A stretch of 64,000 nt of DNA from Octopus sinensis (GCF_006345805.1 NC_043003.1:23684001-23748000), one strand, 5' to 3'; positions 11,790-25,252 are shown, numbered from the stretch's first letter. The notes: generated by a model from the letters alone, not told the origin. Made by a program: numbers and translations.

Positions 11790-12259
11790 TTATTTACATA
11801 TATGCATAATCAAACATTTTATATATATATATAGATACATAGACAGACAGAGAGACAGACAGAGAGACAGACAGAGGGGGATTGTAGCATACATACATAT
11901 ATGAGGATGACTGATTCATACTCGTGTGTTCATACCACATGTAGGTTTTCCCTCATTAATCTTCGTTGTATTGCTCTGTATGTTGCCGCTTACCGACCTA
12001 TATAACATTTTACAGAATATATTCCTATAAATAAAATAATGACATAAGTACTTTTAAGGGTTGTAACAATGAGGCCAATATGTAAATTAGCTTCGTATAA
12101 AGATATGCAGAGATTTTGTATGTAATTCATTTATGAATTCTATTGTTGGAGAAGCGAATTTGAACAGAAACTGCAAATATATACCTTCCGAAATCTATGT
12201 ATTGCAACATAAACATTAATTTATTGATTTTCAAATAGCTAAATATGTGCTCAATGTTT

Positions 12260-12313
<54 letters not shown>

Positions 12314-12819
12314 TATATGTTTGTGTGTGTGTCTATGTATGTATATATATACACAAACATATATATATATATATATGTATGTATGTATTATGTATGTATG
12401 TATGTATGTATGTATACGTGTGTGTTTGTGTGTGTTTGTCTGTGTGTATGTGTTTATGTATAAAATACACACAGATAATGGATTTTCTACATTTATTGAA
12501 GGCTTACAAACGAAAGCTTTTAATAGGCATATTAGGTCCATTATTTCGGAGGATTTTCTTCATCACTCTGTAACATCATAGCAATTTACCTTGATCGCAG
12601 GACCGCAGGTTTCCAAATTTTACTGATGATGAGATTTGAGTTTGGATCACCTGGATTTCAAACTTTATCGCAAAAGTTTTTCTTAGTACATCTTTATATG
12701 CAGAAAGCTAATGAAATGTGTCACCCGGATAGCTACTCTCTTATTAATCCCTCCTTTATTTCACTCACACACACACACACACAACACACACACACACACA
12801 CATACATATATATAGAGAA

Positions 12820-13142
12820 GGCACATAGCTCAGTGGTTAGAGCGTCGGGCTCACAAACATGAGGTGGTGAGTTTAGATTCCCGGACTGTGCTTTATATTT
12901 TGTTCTTGAACAAAACAGTGTATTTCACGTTACTCCAGTTCACTCAGATTTAGAAATGAATTGCGACCTCTCCGGTGTCAAGCTCTATCAGACTTTGCCT
13001 TTCCCTTGGATAACATTGGTGGCGTGGAGAGATGAGACTTGTACATATGAAAGACAGTTTTCCATAAACAATCTTGACCGGACTTGTGCCTCGGAAATTA
13101 ACTTTGAAGGTCCAATCGCATAGTCGTTTATGACCTAAGGGG
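12820..13142 (+). mobile_element. tRNA-derived CORE-like SINE, family C
   Basis: A box TAGCTCAGTGG, CORE-like TTGTTCTTGAACAAAACAGTGTATTTCAC..CCAGTTCACTCAG; collinear with 53429-53760. Confidence 0.8.
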
Positions 13143-14265
13143 TTATATATATATATATGTGTGTGTATGTGTATGTGTGTGTGTGTGTGTGTGTGTTCGC
13201 GTGCGTTCGCTAATCATGACATGGAAATTATTATGATTTCGTATTTTCTTAAAGAGATTTTACTCCATGTTCTTAAGAAAATACGAATTCACAATAATTT
13301 CATTGTGATGATGAGCGAAAGCGAAACCGGTCTGTAACACAATACTCGTTCATTTTATATATTAAAACTATGTAAACTGAGTGTTTTCCTTCTTTTATTA
13401 TATATTTATTCTTTGCATTACAATTTCGCACGTGGGAAAAATCGAAATTCTCTTCCTCCTTTTCTTACTACATATGTGTGTGTGTATGCACACACACACA
13501 CACACACATACACACACACACATACACACACACACTCGTGCGTGTCTGCACAGTATGGCCGAATGATTAAATTATTTCTGCAATGACGACGTACCGGTAT
13601 CGATCACCCAGTGGGGCATCATAGCAAAATATCATTTTATCTACCATCCGTCCCATCATTCCTTGTCTATTGAAATTGGCTACATGGAAATTATATCGGA
13701 GCACATCAGGTGGATTTAGCCTCTTGTACATGTATTTGTTTATTTGTAACATGCACGAAACTCTCAGCTAATTTTTTTTGCCATTTTAAAACTATATTTA
13801 CTCATATACTGTTTTCTATTCTTGCTCTTATTCCCACTATAGTTATACGCATACGCATAGACATGCGCAAGTATAAACACTCATGCACATCCATACTTGT
13901 GTGTGTGTGTATCAAAACTGGCGGTAAACATCACGTTATATCATCAAATACCAAGGTACGTTTAAAGGTTGTTATTGTTCGTAACCACAGCACCGGACTT
14001 TCTACGAACAGCCTGGCTGCGCACAAGCTGGATGCTAAACGACAACGGAATATCAAGGGAGCACTTTATTGCATTCTGTTTCAAAGATCAAGCGCCAAAA
14101 GTTGCACACTGCTGACAAAGCTTTTTATAAGTGTGCCGCGAGGGAGAAATATAGAAGGGGAATAGCCGAGAGAAATAGAAAGAAGGGGGTGAGAGAGAAT
14201 CATGAACACAGAGCAATAGAGAGAATGCGGAGAGTGAGAGAGAGAAAATCACACACAGCGTATAA

Positions 14266-14305
<40 letters not shown>

Positions 14306-14316
14306 TGTGTTGTCGT

Positions 14317-14527
14317 GGCACTCCCTCAGTTACGACAACAAGGGTTCCAGTTGAACCAATCAACGGAACAGCCTGCTCGTGAAATTAACATGCTAGTGGC
14401 TGAGCACTCCTCAGGCACGTGCACCCTTTAACGTAGTTCTTGGGGAGATTCAGCGTGTCGCAGAGTGTGACAAGCCTGGCCATTTGAAATATAGATAAAA
14501 CAGAAACAGGAAGAAAGTTTGAGAGAA
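14317..14527 (-). mobile_element. SINE fragment carrying tail X, with family D body junction
   Basis: Matches 57041-57215, including AACAGAAACAGGAAGAAAG; truncated by a family B SINE. Confidence 0.8.
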
Positions 14528-14680
14528 AGTAGTCGATTACATGTACCCCTTTGCAGAATTGATACTTATTTTGTGAAAACCCAAGTCACTCTCAGCGGAA
14601 TTTGATCTTAGAACGTAAAGCTGGAAGAAATACTGCATCTTGTCCGGCGTAGTAATGACTCTGCCTGCTTACCCGCCTCA
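14528..14680 (-). mobile_element. SINE family B, degenerate
   Basis: AGTCGATTACAT...CAGCGGAATTTGATCTTAGAACGTA...CTCTGCCTGCTTACCCGCC is the reverse complement of the family B layout. Confidence 0.65.
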
Positions 14681-15441
14681 CACATACATATATAAGCTTC
14701 AAAAACCTTTTGGTGAACATTATCCAACTGAAGTGCCGAGACTATTGCTTGAAGCGAACATAACATATGATTACGTTTAATATTACGACCGCAAACTTGA
14801 AGTGAAACATAATTACTTAAAATTGAGTTTAACTTGAAAAAATCGGCGAATAGTGCTAGTGTTTATATAATTTGCAGACAGAGTTTTTTTAGATTATAAC
14901 GTTTCACTTCATTTTCTTTTTCATATTATTTGGCATAGTAGTAATGTTTTCTATTCAGCATCTATATTGCTGAGTAAGCGTCTACGCTTTAGTGTCGATA
15001 ATCAATATATTTAGCGCAAGAATCAGGTGTTTCATTAACCTGGTGTCTATCGCTATGCAAAGAAAACTATGTATGTAATACAAAAATGTATCTTTGATTT
15101 AATTTATCCTCTGATTACTATATTAATTATTGGTCTGATGTAGGCTCATTCATTTCTGTTTGAACAGATATATGGTTCAAAGTTAGGTTATAACACAAAC
15201 TATTTCCATATAGATTGTTAGACATCCATGTTTTCCATCAAGATAAAAGGGACCCGTTTTATATATTGCGAAGGTCAAATGATTAGCTCAGTAATTGATA
15301 GATTTTATGTCGGAAGCTCAATTATCATGATTCCAAGTTATTCATGTTGTTGAAAGACAGCTGTAGTATATAATTATCAATGAATATTTCTGATACAAAG
15401 GCTGTTTCAACATCTGCTGGCCAAAATTCTTTTACATGAAT

Positions 15442-15472
<31 letters not shown>

Positions 15473-15487
15473 TATGCCAACTGATAT

Positions 15488-15846
15488 ATCTTTTACTTGT
15501 TACAGTCATGTGACTGTGGACATACTCAAGCACCGCCTTTAGTCGAGCAAATCGACCCCAGGAATTATTCTTTGTAAGCCTAATACTTATACTTTTGTCG
15601 AACCGCTAAGTTAGGGGGGACGTAAACACACCACCATCGGTTGTGAAGCGATGTTGGGGGGACAAGCACAGACACACAAACATACATAAATATCTATACA
15701 TATATACGACGGGCTTCTTACAGTTTCCGTCAACCAAATCCACTCAGAAGGCTTTGGTCGGCCCGAGGTTATAGTAGAAGACACAGTGGGACTGAACCCG
15801 GAACCATGTGGTTCGTATGCAAGCTACTTACCACACATCCACTCCT
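15488..15846 (-). mobile_element. SINE family A (OK-like)
   Basis: Collinear with the 10372 copy; small internal deletion near 15783. Confidence 0.9.
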
Positions 15847-16544
15847 AGTTTTATATAAGAAATTATTTTGTGCAGCAACTATATGTCGTTTATTATTCTT
15901 ATGTATAATTAAATATTTTTTAACGCTAATAAGTTGCTGAAGTGCAGGTCTTCCGAGAATATTTCATGGAAACAAGGTACATAGACCGCATGCTTGGCAC
16001 AGAGTAGTCTCCCCTAAAGATGTACAAGATTGTGTTAAACTAAGCGAAGTTTGTTACCATCTAGAAGCAACCGTATTGACCTCTGAGACTTTCTAAATTT
16101 CCTTCCATAATATTTCGCTTGCACGGCTTGAATCGATTCGAGAAATATCAAGAAATATTTCCAAAGTTTCGTGCAGCGAAATCAAATATAAATCTATGCC
16201 CTTGTGGTGCGGAGTTCCTAACCGCACTTCCTTTTATTTTCCCACACAAAAATGATAAATAATCTATAGATTGATATATCAACTCGTCACTAGAACCAAC
16301 TCACCTATATACAAACAGTTTGATTTCTATCACATCTATTTTACCTATTATTACATCTGCTTCTTTCGCTTACCATGCTAGTATCACTTTCCGTATCCAG
16401 CAATTAACTCACATCATGCCTCTTATTTATTACCACTAACCCTATCTAAACACACCCCTGTTCCCTTCTTTACTCGTAGAAATTGCACCCTATCTAACTC
16501 AACGTCTGCCTAAATTTCTCCTATCGGGAATATTTTTTTTAATT

Positions 16545-16620
16545 TTATTTTATCTAGTTTCAGCTCACGAGCTGTGGCCATGCTGGGGCACCGCCATTTG
16601 CAAGGGCACCGCCATTTTGC
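16545..16620 (-). mobile_element. Extremely 5'-truncated 3' tip of the CR1-group LINE
   Basis: Reverse complement reads AAATGGCGGTGCCCCAGCATGGCCACAGCTCGTGAGCTGAAACTAGATAAAATAAAA, matching the LINE end at 37403-37450, with a duplicated AAATGGCGGTGCCC at its 5' side. Confidence 0.8.
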
Positions 16621-17667
16621 TGGGCCATTGCAAAATTCCACATCGACTCATATTTAATGATGCTTTCTGTCTAAAAGATTTACAATGCTCGTGTTCACTG
16701 GCTTTCCCACCAGACAAAATAGAACACAGCAAGGTTTATTCCTGTATAATTATTACAACCGTTGGCTATTAGTTTCAATATTTGTACCAAATTCTTGCTA
16801 TAAATATAAGTGTACAATCTTATGGTTTTAAACAGACGATGTGAATATTTATTCTTCAGATTCATATGTGTCTATCGTGATGGGTACGTGATAAATGATT
16901 ATTACGATATCTTTTACAGTTTGCTATGACTTACTTAGTTAGATATATTGCTATTTAATATGATCAAAGATGAATGCAGAGGAATTTGGTAGGCTTTAAA
17001 AACAGACAAAACAAAACAAATTAATGAATGTGAGAAGCTGAAACGTATGGCTTATATGGAAAATAAGAGATAAAGAAAGAGGGAAATGGTTGAGAGAGAG
17101 AGAGAGACTGTAGCAAATGGAAAGATGAAGAGAGAAAGACATGGAGAGATAAAGAGATACAGAGTGATAGAGACAGGTTAGACAGAGACAGTCAGAAAGA
17201 CACAAAGGGTGATAAGATATTATAATGAATGGCAAAATGGCAAAGGCGTTGTCCTAAACAAATTACACAGCGGGAACTACTACATGGTTGACTGAGTAGC
17301 TAGAAATAGCATCCTAATGTAAAATGACCCTTAAATTGAACCCCGTTGTCTATAAATATGAAGGCTGCATTTTATGTTTTATTGCTAAATAAATTTATTA
17401 AAAATATATATGAGATGTTTAGAGACCTGCTGGTTCTCATCTGAGTCGATGCCAGACGACAACAGCACATAAATTTCGTGGTTAGGAATTTAACTGACAC
17501 TACAGACGAACGTTCTGCAAATTATTGATTCAATGCTCCAACAAAAAGTCGTACAGAAATAATTGATTTTGTTCTTGGAACTTTGACAATTTACTAAAAA
17601 CTTTATTTCCTTTCCCAAACTTAGTATTCTACATATTCCGATCGAATTTCATGACGTATACATATAT

Positions 17668-17698
<31 letters not shown>

Positions 17699-17758
17699 TA
17701 CATACATACACACATACATACATACACACACACATACATACATACATACATACATACA

Positions 17759-17792
<34 letters not shown>

Positions 17793-18014
17793 CACACAAA
17801 CACATACAAATACAAACTTACATATGAGCGTTTAGAGTTATCTGGTTCGCTCTCTTTATTTTTTTAGGCATACCTTTGCAATTTCTATTTTCGTGATAAA
17901 TACTGACACTTTCAATAGCATTTATGCAATAAAATGGCCGATGCTACAAAACGGATTCTGATAACAATACGTTGTTCAATCTATATTTAATATACGCCAT
18001 CATTCGTAGCGAAA

Positions 18015-18580
18015 TATTGGTTTGTCCGGAAAGTTTGCGCCGATTTTTAAAGGAAAGAAAAAGGTCAATAAATACATGCCATTACATTTTAAATCAACCA
18101 AATATGAATTATTTTGTTGCACAATGCGTCTCCATCTTTCCTTTAATTTCAAAATACGCTCTTCCCAGAATTGAGGGAGTTTCATGGCAAAGAATTCATC
18201 AAGGTATCTTTATACGTCATCCAAGGAATTGAAATTTTTACCGTTTACTATTTTGCAGGGACCTGAATAAGTGGAAATCCGAAGGAGCAATATCTTGTGA
18301 ATATGGAGGGTGAGGTAACACATCCCAGCCGAGCTGCAGCAATTTTTGTCTGGTTCTCAAAGCATCAAATGACGAAAATGAACTTTTTTATCTTCCATTT
18401 TAAAGGGTTCTATAATTAACACAGGTTATAGGAACATAAATCTTCTTCCACGGAAAGATAGCTTAAACTGTGTTCTAAATGAAGGTGTAGTCAAATCGTA
18501 TTTTATGGACTCGAACATGTTCTAAAATAAGTCGAAACCTAAGATACTATAAATCGGCACGAGCTTTCCGGACAACACAA
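18015..18580 (-). mobile_element. Internally deleted mariner (non-autonomous), both TIRs present
   Basis: TIRs TTGG.TTGTCCGGAAAG.T.G.GCCGATTT at 18017 and 18580. ATG at 18398 gives MEDKKVHFRHLML, joined to the C-terminus (..MKLPQFWEERILKLKERWRRIVQQNNSYLVD). Confidence 0.88.
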
Positions 18581-18599
18581 AACATTGTCAGCATGCTGA

Positions 18600-18830
18600 T
18601 ATGGCAAGCTGGCGCAATCGTTAGTATGCCGCACAAAATACATCGCAGCACTTTTTCAGATATACGTTCTGAGTTCAAATTCTGACGAAGTCCACTTTGA
18701 CATTCATATTTTCAGGGTCGATAAAATAAATACCAGTTAAATACTGGCGTAAATAAAATAAGTGCCAGTTGAGCGCTGACGTCGATTTAACCGAATATCA
18801 ACTTTCAGGGCATGTGCCTTTAATGGAAAT
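18600..18830 (+). mobile_element. SINE family B
   Basis: GGCAAGCTGGCGCAATCGTTAG head, GAGTTCAAATTC B box, CAGGGTCGATAAAATAAATACCAG centre. Confidence 0.8.
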
Positions 18831-18849
18831 GATCATATGCGTTAACTTC

Positions 18850-18920
18850 ATCCTTCCTTCCTTCTTTGGTTTCCTTCTTTCTCCCATCCTTTCCTTCTTT
18901 CCTTTTCGCTTTCTTTCTTC

Positions 18921-18955
<35 letters not shown>

Positions 18956-18961
18956 TTCTTC

Positions 18962-19047
<86 letters not shown>

Positions 19048-19050
19048 AGT
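18850..19050. repeat. (CTTT)n/(CCTT)n polypyrimidine microsatellite
   Basis: Directly visible. Confidence 0.95.
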
Positions 19051-19325
19051 AAAAAACGACATTCATCTATTTCTCAGAACATTGTCTCCGAAGAAGTAGA
19101 ATTGAAAGTAATATATATTTATGTGTGAAATTACATCTATGCAGATATACGCAAACACACACACACACACACACATACATATACACATACACACACTCAC
19201 ACATGTTTGATCGCACATACGTACATACACATCTTCGTATCATACAAAAACACAGAAACAGCTGTACTACATACGCATAAATATGAATCAACGCACACCG
19301 GCACAGACACAGACACAAACACACA

Positions 19326-19365
<40 letters not shown>

Positions 19366-19561
19366 CACATACATATACATATATACTTACGCATAGCTAT
19401 TGGAATACATATATACGTATGTACATTTGCGTCAATTTATACCTACTTACATACATATATGCATGTATATATGTATATATATATATGCTTGTGTATATAT
19501 GCACATACATATATACATACATATATATGTGTGTGATATACATATATATATATATATATAT

Positions 19562-19607
<46 letters not shown>

Positions 19608-20075
19608 ATGTATGTATATATATTCATATGTACACATATATATAATTTATTTAACATAACAAAATAAAAGATATAAACCCTGGATGATATAATTAAATCT
19701 GCTTGCTAATATGGCGTTTACACTACATTCTAGTCTAAATCGGCTGTTAACGATTGAAGTGAAGACATCTCTAATGAAATGAAGCCAGACGAACTGGCAA
19801 TGAAATTGGCATAAGTTTTCTCTGCTATAATTGCTTTCTTAGTATGTGTAGTCTAAACCCATCACCATCACCACCACCATTTCCATAACCGCTATCACTA
19901 CCACCACCACCACCACCATCACCACGCATCCTTGCGCGGAATTTACCTCAATTGAAACAGAAATGTTTAAAGTACGCTGGAGACTACCATATTTTATCAA
20001 GTGAAGAATTTTATTACCTTTATTTCCGAATTGCTTTGAAGTGTTTAAAACATTACTAAAACAAAGACAAAAAAT

Positions 20076-20106
<31 letters not shown>

Positions 20107-20837
20107 GTAGAAATCATACGCTTTGTAGATTCATTTTGCTAAGAAAATGAAACAATGTGGATTTAGAGGTAAATCTAACAAAGACCACAGTAACTATTTT
20201 ATTCAAGATATCCAACTGAGCAGAATGAAAAATGTAAACAATAATTAGATGCAACCAGGTGTATGTCTTCCTGATGAAACTTTTTGCGAAGCAGCGATAC
20301 TATAAAAGTGAATTAGCTGTGTTTGGACAGAAGTAATCTATTAAACGCTCTTGGTATTGTTAAGTTCCAAAAACATTTATTATATTCCTGGTATCTGCCG
20401 CAGCTGGATCTATAGCGTATGGGAGATTTGGCTGAAAAATAATCCAGATTTCGCTGTCGTTTAAATGCAACGTGTCTATGTTGAAACATATCAATACACC
20501 AGCAATTTTCTGCTCCGTTGGACACTAAATAAATCACTATGTTACGTTTACAGTTAGTAGAAGGGGTTGCCGAGAATTTCCATTCATAATTAAACAGCAG
20601 ATTTAAAAACTTAAATAGCATTATAGTATTGATATTTTCTTCACCTTTTCTTACAGTTTACAACATTCTGCATAGACCATATTCACTGCTTTCTTGTATA
20701 TAGTAATTTCGCTTCGAGTATTTATATTTCCTCTACATTTAAGCTCATGTGTCTAACCTTATATTTAAATAAAAAATTAAGGCTATTTGCTCTATTCAGC
20801 ATTTATATGGAGTTGAAATAAATGTCTACTACATACT

Positions 20838-21135
20838 TGGTGTAATGGATAGTGTATTCATCTCACAATCGTAAAGTTGTGAGTTCGACTCCCGGCAGCG
20901 CGTTGTGTCCTTGAGCAAGACAACTTATTTCACATTGCTGCAGTTCACTCCCCTGGCAAATATGAGTTGTATCTGTATTTCAAAGGGCCAGCCATGTCAC
21001 ATTCAGTATCACGTATTAATTTCCTTGTGAACTACTTTAAGGATACGTGTGTCTGTAGAGTGCTCAGTCACTTGCACGTTAATTTCAGTTGATAGGATCA
21101 ACTTGAACCCTCATCGTCGTAAGTGACGGAGTTCC
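20838..21135 (+). mobile_element. tRNA-derived SINE: tRNA head, CORE-like domain, tail X
   Basis: A box TGGTGTAATGG (20838), B box GAGTTCGACTCCC (20881), GTTGTGTCCTTGAGCAAGACAACTT; tail shared with 9316, 14317 and 57041. Confidence 0.85.
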
Positions 21136-21525
21136 AAGGAAGAACATACCCAAGTCAACACTAGTTCACATAGAATAAGTAATATGAAATTTATTATATA
21201 TTTTTTAGTAGATTCAATCAGTTGTCTGGGCGCCATGCTGGAGTACTAACTTCCAATATTTAGACAACAAAATCTAACAGCATTCTATCAAATTATAGCT
21301 TAATTTATAAAATCCTTTAGGATTGGGACAATTAGTATATATTCATGTAGGTGAATAAAGAGTCACAGCTATATACAAACATAGACACATGTACACACGC
21401 ACATCTATACATAACACAGATGTAAGCGAACAAGGAAAAGTCGCTTAAACACCTTTAGTTCAGCTAATCGTAATACTTGTTCTCTCTGAGTGTACGAAAC
21501 GGCAGACACTCTGCGACACAAATAA

Positions 21526-21526
<1 letters not shown>

Positions 21527-21556
<30 letters not shown>

Positions 21557-21616
21557 CTTCTTCTTCTTCTTCTTCTTCTTCTTCTTCTTCTTCTTCTTCT
21601 TCTTCTTCTTCTTCTT

Positions 21617-21710
<94 letters not shown>

Positions 21711-21740
21711 TCATTATTATTATTATTATTATTATTATTT
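21527..21740. repeat. Compound triplet array (CTT)n(ATT)n(AGT)n(ATT)n
   Basis: Directly visible; abuts the 3' end of the Dong/R4 copy. Confidence 0.95.
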
Positions 21741-22925
21741 ATGGTTTCTTTGCATTATAAATTTATTTCAGCTGCTTTGTACCGGGCATCCTCCAGAGGT
21801 CAAGAGTGGCAAGGGCACCTTTTTACTATGCATGCTAAAATTATCACCACATTTATTCCATTTTAGATAGAGAGTGCTTTCCGTAGTATATAGGGTTGTA
21901 TCCATCAAGTTTATCATTTGTAATTCACGGAGATTGGAGTTACCGGGGAGTTGATTAATATACTTCTCAGCTCCCTTCTTTATCATCCCCAGCGCCCCAA
22001 TTACTACTGGTGTTATCGTAGTATTAAGTTTCCACATTTTTGTGATTTCAATTTGCATATCTTTATAGTGAGAAAGGTTTTCGTATTCTTTTCTTGAAAC
22101 ATTTTGTTACTGTGGGACAGGCATATCTATTAACAGACAAGTTCTTCTGTCGTAGTCCTTGATCACAATGTCTTGTCGATTGGAATCAATTTTTCTTTTT
22201 GTATTTGGAAGTTCCAATGGATAGTGACGCCCTTGCCATTTACTACATCCTCTGGATGGCGCCTGTGCCACTTTTCATGGGATTTAATTTTGTAGTATTT
22301 ACAAGCATTTCAGTGGATGTACTCTCCTAGCCTGTCATGTCTTATGAGGTACTCCTTTTCAGCGAGGAATGGGCAGCCAGAAACAACATGATCAATTGTG
22401 TCTGAGAAATTTCCGCAAATTCTCAACGTGGAATCATATCTGGCTTTAAGGACGTTTGCATGGTAGTTTCTGGTAGCTAAGCTTTGATCTTGCGCTTTAA
22501 TAACAAAACTTTCTGTTTCCCCTTTCAGACCTGCTCCAGTGGTGTGTCAGATTCTGATCAATATCTGACTTGGACAGGCGGTTAGGGTATTTTCCATGCA
22601 GGGTTTTTTTTCTTTCTAGTTGTCTTCGATATTATTCATGCAAGCTTTCTTTCCTTTTTTTTTCATGTGTTTTTGCATCAGTGATAGGTTTGTCACTACT
22701 TGGATCTTGTTAGTCTTTCTGGTTGTTAATTTCTAAATTAGGAGAAGCAATGATAGATATGCCAGTATTTGGGTGTTTTTGGTCATTCTTCTTGTTAACT
22801 TGTAGGCCATGAAACTTTTTAAATTTCTGACGAATCTTCATGACTGAAGGTTGCTTGGAATCTTCATGCTTCAGAGCAGTTCGTAAGAGCACGTTACTTG
22901 TATTAAGGTACGTTCCATGGCCTAT
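21741..22925 (-). mobile_element. Dong/R4-clade RLE LINE, 3' fragment, divergent subfamily, defective
   Basis: Minus strand: ETESFVIKAQDQSLATRNY, degenerate zinc knuckle (RICG..DTIDHVVSGC), NRQDIVIKD..LLIDMP, MWKLNTTITPVVIGALGMIKKG. Multiple stops and frameshifts; followed by (AAT)n. Confidence 0.85.
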
Positions 22926-22929
22926 TATT

Positions 22930-23026
22930 TCTGATTTCAAGGAAATACCGCTAAGCATTTCGCCCGGCGTCCTAACAATTTTGCCAGCTCGCCGCCTCAA
23001 CAACAACTACAACGACGACGACGACG

Positions 23027-23061
<35 letters not shown>

Positions 23062-23290
23062 AACAACAACATCAACAATCATTTCTACAAAAGTCACAAG
23101 GCTTGAAATTTGGTGAAAGAGCAAAAGTTTATTACATCTACCCCAGTAATTCACTGGTACTTAATTTATCGACCCAGACTGGATGAAAGGCAAAGTCTAA
23201 ATCGGCGAAATTTCAAATGAGTACGTAAATACAGACGAAATATTACTAAGCATTTTAGCCGGCGTGCAAACGAGTCTGCTAGCTTGCGAA
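22930..23290 (-). mobile_element. Two SINE family B pieces (head fragment 22930-22995; larger copy 23080-23290) separated by (AAC)n
   Basis: CTAAGCATTTCGCCCGGCG..TGCCAGCTCGCCGCC head; GGTACTTAATTTATCGACCC..GGATGAAAGGCAAAG centre. Confidence 0.75.
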
Positions 23291-24344
23291 TTTAACAATA
23301 ATAATAATAATTCATGGCATGATGCAATATCGGCGAGTAACCCTTATGGCTTCTCTTCTTAATTGATTTGAAGTGCTAACATGTATGTATTTTGTCTTGA
23401 TGTAAAAGATGGGCTACAACAAATATTCAGCTCAATACATAGATATATTTGTCAGTTACTTGACCATAACCAGTTGGCAGTGATCGGGGGAAAAAATGTT
23501 CGTTGAATGTATAAGCAAAGTCAGCAGTTTTACTTAGGCTCAAATGTCCGGCTCCTCCCGAATTACGAGACACATAATAGAATGCCCTGCGGCAACGGAG
23601 CGACTGTGTTCAACTCACTGTTGAAGTAAAAGAAGAAAGTTGTTCTATGATATACTCTACGATAAGTAGTATATTTTGCGTCAGAATCTACCTAGATATT
23701 TTAAGAATAAACGTCCAATTATTCCACCGGACCTCGCTGTACACGGTGCACATAACCATTGTTTTTAACAAATATTTTGCACTCAGGATAAAATGATACT
23801 ACTAGAATGACTTCAAGTAGATTCTTTCGAATTAGAGTCAGACAATTTGAATGAAAAACAAACGAGAAATAAATACAATATAATAAAGATCCACGAAACA
23901 TGATGACAATACAGTGAATTGAATTAGAGCGAACTGGAAGCAATTTTGAAAGGACATATGAAACATCAATTTATATGTAAATTTAACATCTGTGATGAAA
24001 AGACAGATTCATTGAATGTTACTCCGACAGGAATTTTTCACAACTCTCAACAAACATAATCAAATTAGTTACTTCAAACCAGACAAAAATTATGATTTAT
24101 TGTTCAACACTGCGTAAGGTTGGTTATATTAAAATAATAAATTAATAAAATTAGTTGGTAAAAACAAAGAAATATTAGAAGAAATTTATTAAAATTGTTA
24201 AATTTTATTGCATTTGTCAATTGTGATAGTCTCTCAAATATTTGTTTAATGATTTATGTTGGTCAGACTAGTCTGTTCAGAGGTCTTTCCTCTCCCTCAG
24301 GAACCAGACCAATGCATTCGATATATCATACAGAATTATTAGAA

Positions 24345-24760
24345 TTTACTCTTTACTCTTTTACTTGTTTCAGTCATTTGACTGCGGCCATGCTGGAGCA
24401 CCGCCTTTAGTCGAGCAAATCGACCCCGGGACTTATTCTTTGTAAGCCCAGTACTTATTCTATCGGTCTCTTTTGCCGAACCGCTAAGTGACGGGGACGT
24501 AAACACACCAGCATCGGCTGTCAAGCAATGCTAGGGGGACAAACACAGACACACAAACACACACACACTTACATATATATACATATACATATATACGACA
24601 GGCTTCTTTCAGTTTCCGTCTACCAAATCCACTCACAAGGCATTGGTCGGCCCGGGGCTATAGCAGAAGACACTTGCTCAAGATGCCACGCAGTGGGACT
24701 GAACCCGGAACCGTGTGGTTGGTTAGCAAGCTACTTACCACACAGCCACTCCTACGCCTA
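24345..24760 (-). mobile_element. SINE family A (OK-like), young full-length copy
   Basis: Only a handful of substitutions versus 10372-10790 outside the internal microsatellite. Confidence 0.92.
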
Positions 24761-25162
24761 TTCATTTTTGTATTAAAAAAATTATAGAATATTTGTAGAA
24801 CCACTTGATACTCTCAGACTTGCTAGATACTCAGTTCAATATTTATTAAAGAGAAAATATGGAGGATGAATCAGTAATCTCTCTGAAATCATGCGACATT
24901 GATGAAGCTAATTATATCGATATATTGAATATCAATAGATTCAAAATACTAATGTTTCTAACATTTATAATGTATATAGAAACGTAATATATAGTAATAT
25001 TTTGTTACTGAGAAAACTTTCAATGAGGCTTGCTTCTTGAAAATCTTAATGCTTCGCAGCTCAGTGTATCGTTTAGTTGTGAGGCACAGTTTTCGCCGAC
25101 TACTACTACTACTACTACTAATGTTACTACTACAACTACAACTACTACTACTACTGCTGCTG

Positions 25163-25196
<34 letters not shown>

Positions 25197-25210
25197 ACTA
25201 CTACTACTAC

Positions 25211-25250
<40 letters not shown>

Positions 25251-25252
<2 letters not shown>

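Noticed and set aside
12820-12900. tRNA genes at SINE heads (12820, 20838, 53429, 58216)
   Set aside because: A and B boxes are present but no complete cloverleaf, and each continues into a SINE body.
20262-20300. CTGATGA followed by GAAG as a fourth hammerhead
   Set aside because: GAAG replaces GAAA, there is no helix II, no UH in register, and no homology to the three Penelope-like ends.
20320-20620. Protein-like frames (IYSVWEIWLKNNPDF) possibly from an ancient CR1 C-terminus, and a nearby TATAAAAG
   Set aside because: Similarity is too weak and fragmented to support by eye; it needs a profile search.
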